The notes under the pieces are model-generated. The model had not been told where the DNA came from. It was given only the letters and a program-made list of their open reading frames with translations, and did not search any database. Source: Octopus sinensis (Eukaryota). Taken from it: DNA of 64,000 bases. Shown here piece by piece: positions 48,746 through 62,025 of this stretch; within the stretch, counting starts at the first letter, position 1, and each line of letters begins with the position of its first letter. Made by a program: the position numbers and the translations under genes. Location of the stretch: contig NC_043006.1 of the NCBI RefSeq assembly GCF_006345805.1, positions 34,038,001 to 34,102,000 on the forward strand, read 5' to 3'.

Positions 48746-49005
48746 TTATTATCATAAACGTTGCACAGTATACAATATTGTGAGGTTCTTGATTGAAGAC
48801 ATTGTGTCTACCGGGGGTTTGTACTGTTTGTCAAGTCACAACAAGGACCTCAGACAGACTACTTTATGCAATGCGGGTGCAGTTCCGAGTAATGCTGACT
48901 TTTGCAATACATCTAGATTGTAGGGTATTTCTAAGGTTTGCAGATGCTTTTTCAGATTGGGTGGTATTGAACCTAATGCTCTGAATTCTTATTACTGTTA
49001 TTATT

Positions 49006-49265
49006 ATGGCCTAGTGGTTAGGGCGTTGCACCATGATCGCTAGATCATGGATTCAGTTCCTGGACAGAGCAGGGCATTGTGTTCTTGAGCAAACCACTCC
49101 ATTTCATGTTGCATTGCAATCATTTCAACATCTGACATGTGGCACATGTGCTCCTGTACAGACAATATTGATTTGATGGAGGAAATGAGCTAATGTACAG
49201 CACATAGATTTGATCACCCTAAACAAATCATTTGTGCAGATCATTCAGCAAAAACTGAACACTCA
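49006..49265 (+). mobile_element. Other tRNA/CORE-like SINE, diverged
   Basis: ggcctagtggttagggcgttg (A box), ttgtgttcttgagcaa (CORE-like). Confidence 0.55.
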
Positions 49266-49857
49266 GATATTGTCTCCAGCGAGAGAGATCATCATTATTA
49301 TCATTGCAAAATAACGAAGTCTGCATCTTTAATATATTATTTCTGAAACACGATCAACGTTATTATTTCTGCTGATTAAATTTCATACTGTTACATATTA
49401 ACTATGTTAAAAATTGTATTTACAAAATAGTTTAATTCGCAATCATTTATTTAAAATGCTGAATGTAGAATGAATTTGGTTGAAAAATTACTGTAATTAC
49501 TAATATCCGTCTGTTTTGCCTGGCAGGTTAAATTGTTTCATCCTGCTTGTAATAATTGCTATCATCATCACCATCATTATCATACCATCACTATACCACC
49601 ATCATCATCATCATCACCACCATCATTGTTTAAATTTGATTTTATATGCTTAGTTTTCTGTATGGAAAATGGAATCTATAAAAAAAAATGTTTCTTCATT
49701 TCATTTGTTGTGATTTCAATTTGAGGAATTTCTCAAAAATAATTTACCAATTCTGTACAATGTTGATGTTTGTAGACTGATAAGTTTATCATTTCTCAAA
49801 TGACTTAATTCTAGATAAGAAATAATCTATTGCCATCATTATTATTATTATCATAGA

Positions 49858-50085
49858 TAAGGCTGTGATTTGGCAGAATCGTTAGGAGAATCATGAGCAC
49901 ACCAGGCAAAATAATTAGTCTCATTTCATCTGTCTGCATGCTCTGAGTTCAAATTCTACCAAGTTAGAATTTGTCTTTCATGTTTTCAGGGTCGATAAAA
50001 TAAGTACCTGTTGAATACAGGGGTCAATGTAAATCGACTTAAATCCTTTCCCACAATTTTGGGCCTTAACCGTATAATAGAAAGG
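49858..50085 (+). mobile_element. SINE family B
   Basis: tctgagttcaaattc..gggtcgataaaataagtacc. Confidence 0.75.
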
Positions 50086-50489
50086 ATTATTATTATTATT
50101 ATTATCTTAAATGTTAGCTTGAGTTCTTGTTGTTTAATGTCAGGTCACCTTGTATTTATTTTCCCAAAGACGGTGCATCTAACTCTAAACAAAACAAAAC
50201 TACATCACATTTAAGATCATTTCCTTCTTAATTAGAAGTACTGTAATTTGTCTGATACTTTCATATCTTGGTCCCACAGTTTGATGCCTCTGTAGTCAGG
50301 GAACTCCCATAAACACCTTTCCAGAGAATCACCTTTTTCATGTAGCTATTGACAATGATGATGTCTCAATATCAGTCCTAGACAACAACCCCTTCCTGTA
50401 TTAATTGACTTTGGGAATGACTTGTGTATGTCCTTCCTCACTGGAGATTTTCACAATCTCAGTGACTATTCTTAATGACCCTGGCAACT

Positions 50490-50705
50490 TTCATCATCAT
50501 CATCATCATCTTCTAACGTCAGTTTTCCATGATGGCACGGGTTGGATGGTTTGACAGAAGCCAGTAAGTGAGAGAACTGCACCAATTTCCAGTTGTCTGT
50601 TTTGGTATGGTTTCTACGAATGGATGCCTTTCCTAACACAAACCACTTTACTGAGTACACTGGGTTATGTTTACATGGCATCAGCACCGGTGCTTTTTAC
50701 ATGTC
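50490..50705 (-). mobile_element. Family C copy, diverged
   Basis: (cat)n ctaacgtc..ggatgcctttcctaac. Confidence 0.7.
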
Positions 50706-51163
50706 ATCATGAATACCGTTAATGGCTAGTTATTCATATAATCTTCAATTTCCCTTCCTGGTCTCTCAGCTGGACCTCCATGGAGTAGAACTTTTCCTTC
50801 CAAATATTCTTTACAATCAGAAACCACTTATAGTCACATTCCCATGCCCCTTCTTTCTGTTTTTGCTATCAGTGAATTGGGTGTACCAATATCATTACAT
50901 ACAGATATTTCACCTGGGAAGTCCTACTTCTTACTGCTTTAGGAATCCTGATCACTTCACACCTCTAAACCTTATGGTGCAGGACATTTGTAAATCTCAT
51001 ATTTTCCTTCGAGACAAAGAATCATCCATGTTTTTGATGAAGGGCTTTCAATGCACAACTATGATAAACTTGTTTTTTTTAGTCCCAAGTAAGGTCTGAT
51101 CAAACACTCTTCATCAGAGCTTTTCCATCCTCGACCACCCTGTCATTTTTCTTTTACCATGTG

Positions 51164-51201
<38 letters not shown>

Positions 51202-51231
51202 ATATAATATGTGACAATTATTCGGTTGCCA

Positions 51232-51293
51232 TAATAAAACTCCAAGTTTCGATGTCAGGGTGGAAAACTGCTCTGGCATCTCATCAGTTATTA
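51232..51293 (-). ncRNA. Type I hammerhead ribozyme with all core nucleotides present
   Basis: Minus strand: taataa-CTGATGA-gatgccag-agcagttttccacc-ctgacatc-GAAAC-t-tgg-a-GTT-ttatta; helix I 6 bp, helix II 7 of 8 pairs, helix III 3 bp, NUH = GUU. Confidence 0.75.
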
Positions 51294-52375
51294 AGACAAT
51301 TATATTACAGATAAATTCCTCTATTTACATAATATTGAGGTCTCATTCATTCTTTTGTTGTCCTACCATTACTATATATATATATATATATGCGTGTGTA
51401 CATTGTTTACTTTGTCTTTCTTCATTCAAAAATGGTAACTTGTGATTTGAGGAAAAAATTGGCTGCTATTTCTACTGGTTTAAGAGATTATGTAGATGCT
51501 CTTGTGCTGAATTAGAATCAGGAATGTGAAAGTAATCATTGTAATTTGTGAAATTGCAGTTTTAAAATAAATTCCCGAATAAAACCTATAAACCTTTGCC
51601 TTTTTGAGTACTTTTATTTAGTTTGTAAACACAAACACTTAACTAATTGTATGTGTGCACATCGTGTGTGTTCACAAGCATATACATTTAGATATATATA
51701 TATATATATTTATATATATATGATGTCTATAGCCTGGGAAGCCATTATTGAGCAGCACAATCAACAACAACAACAACACTAACAACTACAACACAGTCTA
51801 AAACAAGACTAACAACTATACGGTTTCTCTTATATCAGTGTCTCTTCTATCTTCTTTTTTCCTCCTCACCTCCCACCTCTATACTTACACATGTTACCTC
51901 ACAGAGACAGACACAAACATTACAAATCACACACACACACACACGTGCCTGCTATCTTATCTCGAATCTGTACTGCAATTGTAAACAAGTTGTTCTATCC
52001 TAGTAATAGACACAACCAAGACACTGTAAAACATTATCAAATGTGCATGCACACACAGACACACACACACGGGCCTCAACATGCACATGCATCAACAAAC
52101 ACACAAACCTCAACACACACAAATCCACATGCATGTACAATCTGTTCTCCAGTCTTTACTGCAACTATAAACATGTTATTCTTTTAATGTAATTAACACA
52201 TTGCCACAGCCGAGACCTCTATCACACAATCAGTATACGTATGGACACACACACACACCATGTATACGTATATGCACTTGGCACACAAAACACATACATA
52301 CACACATTGATACTCATTCGAACTCACACACAAATAAATACAAGCTTGAATAGAAAGGTATGCAAACAACATACA

Positions 52376-52645
52376 CATCATCGCCATCATCGTTGCTTAA
52401 CGTCTGCTTTCCATGCTAGCATGGGTTGGACGGTTTGACTGAGGACTGGGAGGCTGCACCAGGCTCCAATCTGACTTGGCAAGGTTTCTACAGCTGGATG
52501 TCCTTCCTAACGCCAACTAGTGGATGCTTTTTACATGCCACTAGCATGGGTGCCAGTCAGTGGCACTGACACAGGCCATGCTTAAATGGTGTTTTTTACA
52601 TGCCACCGGCACAGGTGCCAGTCAGGCAACACTGGCACTAGCCAC
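52376..52645 (-). mobile_element. Family C copy
   Basis: cgttgcttaacgtctgctttccatgctagc..tgctttttacatgccac. Confidence 0.85.
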
Positions 52646-52839
52646 ATATAAACAAATACTTGAAAAGCACAAAAGTGCATGAACACATACACTCACACAC
52701 AAATATATATATAAGAATTCCAAGTGCACACAAATTTAGACATGAACGTGCACACACCAATATTTCTAGAAATAAACTTGGTGATTTACATCTACATAAA
52801 CAGCAGTGTGCATATTGAGCAAATGAGTCTCTGCAAGGT

Positions 52840-53078
52840 TGCTTAAGCTGCTAGATAGTACAGCCAAAGCACCTTCAAATCACATGCTAATATATTAAAA
52901 ATGGATGTGTTCAGCAACCTGATCCTAGATATGATTGATTGATTGATTGATTCTAGTTTCAGCTTATGAGCTGTGGCCATTACAGTATTTGAAAAAAAAA
53001 TGATGTAATACTCAAGGTTGAACTGTTTTTTGATCATACATCTGCCTGGTCTGAGCTGACCTGGGGCTAAACAACAAT
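52840..53078 (+). mobile_element. SINE-like family F with an inserted CR1-type 3' tail (52925-52980, minus)
   Basis: gctgacctggggctaaacaacaa end; internal (gatt)n tctagtttcagcttatgagctgtggccat. Confidence 0.55.
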
Positions 53079-53384
53079 AAATACATATTTTTCCAAAACT
53101 CTCCTGCCTCTGCTCACCCCATCAAATCCTCTTTGCTGCTTCTATACACCACCATGTAACTTGAGGGTATGCTCCAGCACATCACCATCTTATCTATCTC
53201 TTCTTTCTCCTCTGTCTTCTTCTTACTAAGGTACCTTTGTATCACCTCTAGTGTAAGACCTCTGTTTTTGTCCCTCTATCATTCCCTAACCTTTTATCTC
53301 CTGGCACAAAAACCCCTCCCTCAATAATACTCCCACCTCAGTCAAGGGGTCCTTTCTCTTGCAGAGTTACTTGGTGACCTCACT

Positions 53385-53580
53385 GGTGCTTGTGCTACAT
53401 AAAAAACACCCAGGACACTCTGTAAAGGGGTTGATCTTAGAAAGGGCATCCAACCATAGAAACTGTGTCAATGCAGACAATTGGAGCCTGGTGCGGCCCT
53501 CTGGCTTGCCAGCTCCTATCAAACCGTCCAACTCATGCCAGCATGGAAAATGGACATTAAATGGTGATGATGATGATGGT
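53385..53580 (+). mobile_element. Family C copy
   Basis: aaaaaacacc..aaagggcatcc..aaaccgtccaac..ggacattaaa(tga)n. Confidence 0.75.
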
Positions 53581-53692
53581 GTGTGTGTGTATTAGAGAGA
53601 GAGATATATAATAATAATGATGATGATAATAATAATATAATTATTATTATTATTATTATAATTATTATTATTACTATTATTATTTTTTTTAA

Positions 53693-53845
53693 AGGTGGCA
53701 AGCTGGCAGAATCATTAGTATGTTAGGGAAAATAATTAGCAGCATTTGGTCTGTCCTTGCGTTCTGAGTTCAAATTCCACTGTGGTCAACTTTGCCTTTC
53801 ATTCTTTCGGGGTCAATAAATTATATACCAGTTGAGTACTGGAGT
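53693..53845 (+). mobile_element. SINE family B
   Basis: ttctgagttcaaattcc..tttgcctttcattctttcggggtcaataaatt. Confidence 0.8.
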
Positions 53846-54559
53846 TGATGTGATCAACTGTATATATGAAGGTGTCTCGGAGGGGAACTTTCTAGGTGCA
53901 AACCCATGGTCATTCATAACCAAAGGGAGTTCTGCCATATTCTCTTCCATATCGGTTGTCCCTGATGAGCGTAGAGTTATATAATTGGATTGTTACCTAA
54001 TATTCCATTGTATTCTTTATATGAAACTGATTGGTAAGACCAGCTGTGATGGATACTTAATACTATAAAATTCAGATAATATAAGAGGCCTGGAAGCATC
54101 AAAAATATATTGGGAGTATAAATGTAATGAATGAAAGAAAAAATCAAGAGGTGCAAGTTTTAACAAGTATTGTATTAGTTTAACACATAATAAAGAGAAA
54201 GAATCTTAATATTTTGGATGATTTTCCATTCCTATATTACTTCATATTTTTAAAAAACTACTATTCGATAAATTATACAAATTTCAAATTTTATATCTCT
54301 AAGAGCAGAAGAGTTGTCTATAAATGCTTATCAATATAGGATTTCATTATAGGGACAGCACTTCTGCGAAACAATTGTTAGATGCTTTAAAAAATTAATT
54401 CGAAACTTTTAAACTGTCATATTTATTATTATATATTTATACTTATACATATTTACATATATTTATATATATTTATATTTTTAATACAACAATTATTTTA
54501 CATATGTATATATCTTTCTGAAGAATTTTCTAATATTGATTTCCTGATATTAATAATAA

Positions 54560-55310
54560 TATTAAATAAATAATAATGAAATTATTGTATACAGTGCTCA
54601 GGTGCACCACAACTTGTCAGAAAGTGCATATAAAGTACATGCAGTAATGTAGAAATGTCTGGAAAGCGAACAATGTATGAGTCAGATACATGCCTGTGTG
54701 TGTATGGAGGGGAGAAAATCAAGTGTAGTGTTGGCGAATCTCAGGAAGCATGGAAGTTTTGAAGGATGCAGTGCTCCGACAACAAACAACTGATGCCGGC
54801 AGTTTGTTCCATGCTTCAGCAACTCTCAGCGTGAAAAAATGTTTCCTGAAGTCATGGGAGCTGTGCTGTTTTCTTACTTTGTAAATATGTCCACGGGTGT
54901 TAGATGAGTGGAGTTTGAAAAGGTGCTCAGAGTTATTGTTTGTACAATGGTTGATAATTTTATGGGTGTCTGCCAAGTCAGCTGCCAGATGTCAGAGTTT
55001 CAATGTGTCCATGCCCAGGGAAGTAAGGCGTTCAGGATATGGCAAATGCCTGATGGAGGGTATTCTTTTGGTTGCGCTCGCTGAACTGCTTCCAGACGAT
55101 TGATATCCTGGGCAAGATAGGGGTTCCAGACCGGTGATGCAAATTCCAGGTGAGGTCTTACCATAGCTATATAAAGCCGCAGATAGATACCGGAGAGCGG
55201 CTCACAAAGGATTTGGTGAGTGATGCCAAGACACCCTCAGACTTCTTGACAATTTTAGCGATGTGTTTTGTCCAACGCAAATCACTGTCGACAATAACAC
55301 CCAGGTCACG
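54560..55310 (-). mobile_element. CR1-clade LINE 3' fragment
   Basis: RDLGVIVDSDL.W..HI..VRPHLEFASPVWNP..LEAVQR..TRGH..RKHFFTLRV.EAWN.LP..FK; AT-rich tail. Confidence 0.88.
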
Positions 55311-55819
55311 TTTTATATAAAATTGCAAGAAGGAAAGCATAGAAAAGATTGGAAAGAAGAAAAGTGGTTGAGAAAGAAAGAAAAGAAAAAAATCTTGGGT
55401 GAGAGCAATTGAACCAGTGAGAATGGTGTTCTATGGGGTGTGGGAAATTAAGAAGGGAGGAAGGGTTGGTGTGGGTTGGTGTCTTCATGAGTTGAGACAG
55501 GTATAAGGAGTGGAAATGATGTGTGTGTGTGTGTTCTGTTAGGTTGTATGTGTGTGTAGAGAGATGTGCAAGTGCAGGAGTATAGTTGCATGGGTGGTGA
55601 GCAGTGTGAGTTGTATGTATGCGTAATGCATTGTGTGTGTGAGGGAAGCATGGAATGGAGCTGGTAGAAGTGAGGGTGGGGTAAAAGGAGAGGTAAGGAG
55701 AATGTAGAGGGTGTGATGAAAGTGTATGGAAGAGCATGGGTGTGAGGAGCTGTTACATGGGAGGAATGCATGAAGAATGGAATAAAACAAGGAAAACGTT
55801 GGAGTTCAAGGAGAGGAAT

Positions 55820-56150
55820 CATCATCATTATCATCATCATTTAGCATCTGCTTTCCATGCTAGCATGGGTTGGATGGTTCAACTGGGGTCTAGGAAGCCA
55901 GAAGGCTGCACCAGGCCCAGTCTGATCTGGCAATGTTTCTACGGCTGGGTGCCCTTCCTAACGCCAACCACTCCATGAGTGTAGTGGGTGCTTTTTACGT
56001 GCCACCGGCACAGGTGCCAGACGGGGCTGGCAAACGGCCATGATCGGATGGTGCTTTTTACGTGCCACCAGCACAGAGGCCCGTCGGGGCGGCGCTGGCA
56101 ACGGCCACGTTCGGATGGTTTGTTTACGTGGCACTGGTATCACAGCTACA
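55820..56150 (-). mobile_element. Family C copy with three gcacgtaaa units
   Basis: Colinear with 46770-47075. Confidence 0.85.
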
Positions 56151-56661
56151 ATTTCCAAGGGAGGAAAAAGAGAAAAATGGGAGAAAGACTGATTACAATA
56201 CAACACTGGTACAAAAAATGTTTTTGGTTCTGTGAGAGAAGAAAATTAGTGACATGTGTGGTGTGTGGAGGGGTATAAAGCACATAAATAGGGAAATAAG
56301 AAAAATGAACAAGATTAACAAAAAAGGAAAGTTGCAAGTTCAGGAAGAGGAGAGAAGTAAGAGAAAAATAACAGGAAAATACAGAGTTGTAGTAATCGAT
56401 TAAATGGAAATCCTGTGTAACAGTTTGTGAGGTCTTTCCAGCTTCAGTAGAACATATATATATATATACATGTACATGAGTGAATGGACAAACAAAAGAA
56501 GGGCACTCAACAAATCTATTGGGAGTTACATGAAGGGGTCAAAACAGTTTGATCCATATATATATATTTTAATCTATATATCTATCTATCTATCTATATA
56601 TATATATCTATATATATATTATATATATATATATATCTATATATATTTATATATATATATA

Positions 56662-56697
<36 letters not shown>

Positions 56698-56727
56698 TGA
56701 GAAAAGGAAGAAAATAGAAAAATTGAC

Positions 56728-56881
56728 AGTGACTGTGTGGTAAGTAGCTTGCTTATGAACCACATGGTTCCGGGTTCAGTCCTGTGTGGCACCTTGAGCA
56801 AGTGTCTTCTACTATAGCCTCGGGCTGACCAAAGCCTTGTGAGTGGATTTGGTAGACGGAAACTGAAAGAAGCCCATTGTG

Positions 56882-56914
<33 letters not shown>

Positions 56915-57095
56915 GTCTGTGTTTGTTCCCCCAACATCACTTGACAACCGATGCTGGTGTGTTTATGTCCCCATGACTTAGCAGTTCAGCCTAAGACACA
57001 TAGAATAAGTACGAGGCTTACAATGAATAAGTCCTGGGGTGGATTTGCTCGACTAAAGGCGGTGCTCCAGCATGGCCACAGTCAAATGACTGAAA
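56728..57095 (+). mobile_element. SINE family A, full length
   Basis: All modules present. Confidence 0.85.
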
Positions 57096-57256
57096 CTTTA
57101 TTCAAAGACACCTATACGTTTCAATGATAAACTAATAAACTTAGATTTCACTGAATACTGGTGTAAACTGGAGAAGTAGGATGCTTGCATCCCTTAAGGG
57201 ACCATAGTTCCTTGACTAAACACACACACACACGTATATATATACATATATGCATA

Positions 57257-57637
57257 GGTGCAGGTATGGCTGTGTGGTAAGAAGTTTGCTTCTCAGCCAC
57301 ATAATCCTAGGTTCGGTCCCTCTGCATGGCGCCTTGGGCAAGTGTCTGCTACTATAGTCTCAGGCCGACCAATGCCTTTTGAGTGAATTTGTTAGACGGA
57401 AACTGAAAGAAGCCATCATGTATATATATATGTGTGTGTGTGTTTGTGTGTTTGTCCACCACCACTTAACTGGTGTTGGTGTGTTTACATCCCTACAACT
57501 TAGCAGTTCTGTAGAAGAGACCAATAAAGTTCCAGGCTTAAAAAGAAAGTACTGGAGTTGATTCGTTCGACTAAATATTCTTCAAGGCAGTGCCCCAGCA
57601 TGGCCACGGTCTAATGAGCGAAACAAGTAAAAGATTA
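57257..57637 (+). mobile_element. SINE family A, full length
   Basis: All modules present. Confidence 0.85.
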
Positions 57638-58700
57638 AACAATATATTCAATGCCAAAGACTAAACATGGAGTCAGTGTTGTTGTTAGCAACGTCTGTGT
57701 GAAATAAACAGATGTGGGGTGAAATGGATCTCGAATATCCCACACAAAGAATATTTATCATCTTTATCTGTGTGTGTGTGTGTGTGTGTGTGCGCGTGTG
57801 TGTATGTTTGCGTGTGTGTATGTTTGCGTGTGTGTGTGTGTGTGTGTGTGTGTTTGCGTGTGTGTGGGTTTTTGTGGTAGAATAATATCTTTCATTTGCA
57901 CAGACACAACAAGTGTTTGCAGTTTTGATTTGAACTCATGAACTATAGTTTGGTAAGTCATTACTTTATAGAGAGTATGGGAAGTGGCAGCAGCAGCAAG
58001 CAAGTGGGGCAATGATGATAATGATGATGATGATGATGGTGAGGATGGTGGTGGGTTGGTGGTGATGATGGTTTTAGTGGTGGTAGTGATAGAAACAAGA
58101 GAACTGGATAATGAGAGAGAGGGAGAGACAGACAGACAGACAGACATATTGTCAGACAAATCAGCCAATTGAAAGATAAAAAATTAGTTTTCAGAGAAAG
58201 AATATAAAGAAAATAAGAAGGAAGTAGAGAAGAAGAGAGAAATGGTAATTGGATGTGGTGGTGGTAGAGGTGGGGGGGCGGAGATAATGAGATGGAAAAC
58301 CTTGCTGGAAGTCCCCCAAATCACCTGAAGCAAGGCCATAAATACAAGGAGACAAAAGAGAGAAGAGGGGAAGAGAGAGAGAGAGAGAAAGAAAGAAAGA
58401 GAGAGAAAGTGTGTGTGTGTGTATGTATGTGTGTGTAAGTAATATGGTTGGTAATAATAGAAACAAGCCCGCATTACATGTTTTCCGTGTTTCCAATGTC
58501 GATGATAAAAAAGCAGATAAATAGATGAGGTCAGAGATAATTGATTTGAGGTCAGCTGTTTGGAATTCTTAGTTAAATGTCTGAGATCTTTACAATCTTC
58601 AATATGTTGATTGGTAAATAATTACTGATCTATCACTGTTCAGCACTCGGCTCAAATGCTTGAAGGCAAAGCAGCCAATAATTTGAGCCAACAAAGCATC

Positions 58701-59043
58701 GGAATGGCTGTGTGGTATGTTTGCTTCCCAACCACATGGTTCCGGGTTCAGTCCCTCTGCGTGGCATCTTGGGCAAGTGTCTTCTACTATAGCCTCGGGC
58801 CGACCAAAGCCTTGTGAGTGGATTTGGTAGACGGAAACTGAAAGAAGCCCGTCGTATATGTATGTGTGTCTGTGTTTGTCCCCCAACCACCACTTGACAA
58901 CTAATACTGGTGTGTTTACGTCCCTGATAGAATAAGTAGTAGGCTTAGAAATAATAAGTCTTGGGGTTGATTTGTTTGACTAAAGGCACTGCTCCAGCAT
59001 GGCTGCAGTCAAATGACTGAAACAAGTAAAATAAAAATAAAAA

Positions 59044-59045
<2 letters not shown>
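58701..59045 (+). mobile_element. SINE family A, near full length
   Basis: Head, CORE-like segment and tail; followed by long (TA)n. Confidence 0.85.
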
Positions 59046-59134
<89 letters not shown>

Positions 59135-59239
59135 GTGTGTGTGTGTGTGTTTGTTTTTATTTTGAATTATAATAGAAACAATTTAATATTAAACCAAAAG
59201 ATTACTCAATTCTTTGTAGAGTACATGTCTATCAGATGA

Positions 59240-59315
59240 GGGTCAGCAGAGAGCTCGAAGTTTTGGCCTGCTTGCCTTCCTTGAACTAGCGGGCCAAAAC
59301 TTTAAAGTCACTCCA
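59240..59315. repeat. Short inverted repeat related to 595-693
   Basis: gaagttttggcc ... ggccaaaactttaaagtcac. Confidence 0.55.
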
Positions 59316-59689
59316 CCCCTGTGTGTGTGTGAATAGGCATGTGTGTGCTTATATATAGCATTTGATTCAATATAGAAATAACAAACTTTAAAAAAAAATT
59401 CTACCGGCTGGCTTCCCCGATTTCAGTTCTTCGTGTTTTTTTCTGTAGCGAGTAAATAATATGTAGAAATTAACGATTTAAAAGTCTGTTATCAGCATAT
59501 TGGCATTGAAATAGTTTTCTTTAGCCCTTATTTATAAGTTGTTTATAATTTTAACCGTAAAGGTATTTTAATATGCTGCCACATTTTTTGATGGAATTTT
59601 TTTCTGTAAAATAAACTTCATCCTATATTAGCAGTGTATATATATATATATATATATATATCCTGGTGGTGCCACATTAGAAGCATTGT

Positions 59690-59790
59690 AAAATGGTTGG
59701 CATTAGGAAAGGCATCCTGCTGTAGGAACCAAACTAAACTATCCAACCTTAATGTCTATGGCAAATGGACATTAAACGATGATGATGATT
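59690..59790 (+). mobile_element. Family C/E tail fragment
   Basis: ggttggcattaggaaaggcatcc..ggacattaaacgatgatgat. Confidence 0.65.
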
Positions 59791-60601
59791 ACCTCAGTAG
59801 GTCACGTGTTAAACTTTTGAAGATGTAGTTGTGGGTTCGATTCTTGGGTCAGGTGGTACATTGTGTCCTTCAGCAAGGTACCTCGTTTCTCATTTGTCCA
59901 TTTTACTTAACTGAAATGAGTACCACCTGAATTTTGATGCATCCGACACCTTCCAGCTGTCACATCTTGGATGGGATGTGACAGCTGGATGAAGGGCTGG
60001 AGGGAATAAGAGGGTGGCTATGTCTACCTGTGACTGCATGGGCACATAAAACAATAAGAACTGAAAGAAGCATATATGCTGCTAAATCATATACACTCAA
60101 AAGTGATGGCCAGGATTTTTATCATCATCACCATCATCATCTTCATTATCATTATCTCCATCATCATCATCGTCATCTTCATCATGGTCTTCACCACCAC
60201 CATCACCAACAACAACAACATAACCACTATTATCGAGGCCATCATTTCCCTCTAAAGAAATTGGTGCTTCCACTGTTTTTGCCAAGTCATCATCTTGCCT
60301 ATTGTTTGGCCTATTGTTAGATGACCATCGTCACCACTTCCTTGATCTTTTCCTTTTGATCCCACCATATCCCCCGCTCACCAATGCCTCTCTCTTACCT
60401 CTCTCTTCCTCTCTCCCTCTGACATACAAACATCTACAGAATATGAAACCATCAATAATCAACTTTCTCCAGGAATCCGGTCTAAATACTTAATTGCCTC
60501 TCTCTCTCTTTCTCTCTCCCTCTTTCTCTCTCTCTTTGTTATTTATGTTTGCATCTCTATATAAATGCATTTATATACACATGCATATATAGATACATAG
60601 A

Positions 60602-60660
<59 letters not shown>

Positions 60661-60680
60661 TGTGAGTGTATTTATATATT

Positions 60681-60722
<42 letters not shown>

Positions 60723-60742
60723 TGTGAGTGTATTTATATATT

Positions 60743-60790
<48 letters not shown>

Positions 60791-61099
60791 CTTTTTGGAA
60801 AATTTACTTATAGAAAAAAATTACAAAACAAACACCTGAACATGTAAAGAAAAATTCAGAATATGAAAATTAAAAAAAAAAACATAAATTAAAAATACTA
60901 ATAAATGACGACCACCAAACGTACCATCCTTACCTACACTGACCTATAACAACCCAGTTTTCAGCAAATAACCTCTCAACATTGTAAATGGAATGGTATA
61001 GAGTAATCTAGAAACTATTTAAATTTCCATAATCAAAGAATGCAGCCAAAAGCTGACTACTTTCCTTCATAAGTCCTCACCAATTTCTATTGATTTTTT

Positions 61100-61580
61100 A
61101 CATATGTATGTATGCATATATGTGTGTGTGTGTGTGTATGTGTATAAATGTATGAGTGTGTATATGTATATATTAAATGTGTGTGTATATATGTATATAT
61201 AAATGTGTGTATGTATATGTATATATAAATGTGTGTATATGTATATATAAATGTGTGTATGTATATGTATATATAAATGTGTGTGTATATGTATATATAA
61301 ATGTGTGTGTATATGTATATATAAATGTGTATATGTATATATAAATGTGTGTGTATATGTATATATAAATGTGCGTGTATATGTATATATAAATGTGCAT
61401 GTATATGTATATATAAATGTGCGTGTATATGTATACATAAATGTGTGTGTATATATGTATAAGTGTCTGTCTATATATGTATGTGTGTGTATATATGTGT
61501 GTGTGTATATATGTATATATAAATGTAAGTATGTGTGTGTGTGTGTATATAAATATATGTATGTATATATATATATATAT
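61100..61580. repeat. TA/TG minisatellite, unit ~tatatgtatatataaatgtgtg
   Basis: More than 10 units of 20-26 nt. Confidence 0.9.
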
Positions 61581-62025
61581 GATTTGATCTAGTTTCAGCT
61601 CATGTGCTGTGGCCATGTTGGGGCTCCACCATTTGGTGTTGCTATATAATTTTACTTCACTAATTCTTTTTAATAATTGACGTGTGATGCATGAGGGAGT
61701 TTGATGCCACTGCCCTTATCTGCACTTCCTGCTGTGAAGTTGGTTCATCTGGGACACTTGACAGTAAGAGATCTAGTTTCATTTTGAAAACATCTGCATC
61801 CACCCCATGTAGGTCTCTGAGGTTCTTTGGGAGGATATCGAAGAGCTGTGGCCTTGAAAGCCCAGGCTGTTGCAATATTTTGTCCTATATCTTGATGGCA
61901 AATTTGTAGTTTTGCCACTATGCAGTGATGCTCAGTTCTAGCATTAATGTAACTCTCGATGCGAAAGTTTGGGACAAGTCCTTCTGGGATCTTCCAGATG
62001 TAGAGTATGACACATCTTTCCTGCC
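61580..62025 (-). mobile_element. CR1-group LINE 3' end, interrupted by an RTE insertion
   Basis: RQERCVILYIWKI.EGLVPNF.IESY.N.RT..HC, PQLFDILPK.LRDLHG..VFK.KLD.LL..VPDEP..ASNSL. Confidence 0.8.

Noticed and set aside
50760-50930. Minus-strand DIGTPNSLI, like a retroviral-type protease motif
   Set aside because: A single short motif with stops nearby and no other gag/pol signature.
1706-61616. Dozens of ORFs rich in YI, HT, CV, II or SL dipeptides
   Set aside because: They are translations of microsatellites and have no protein-like composition.
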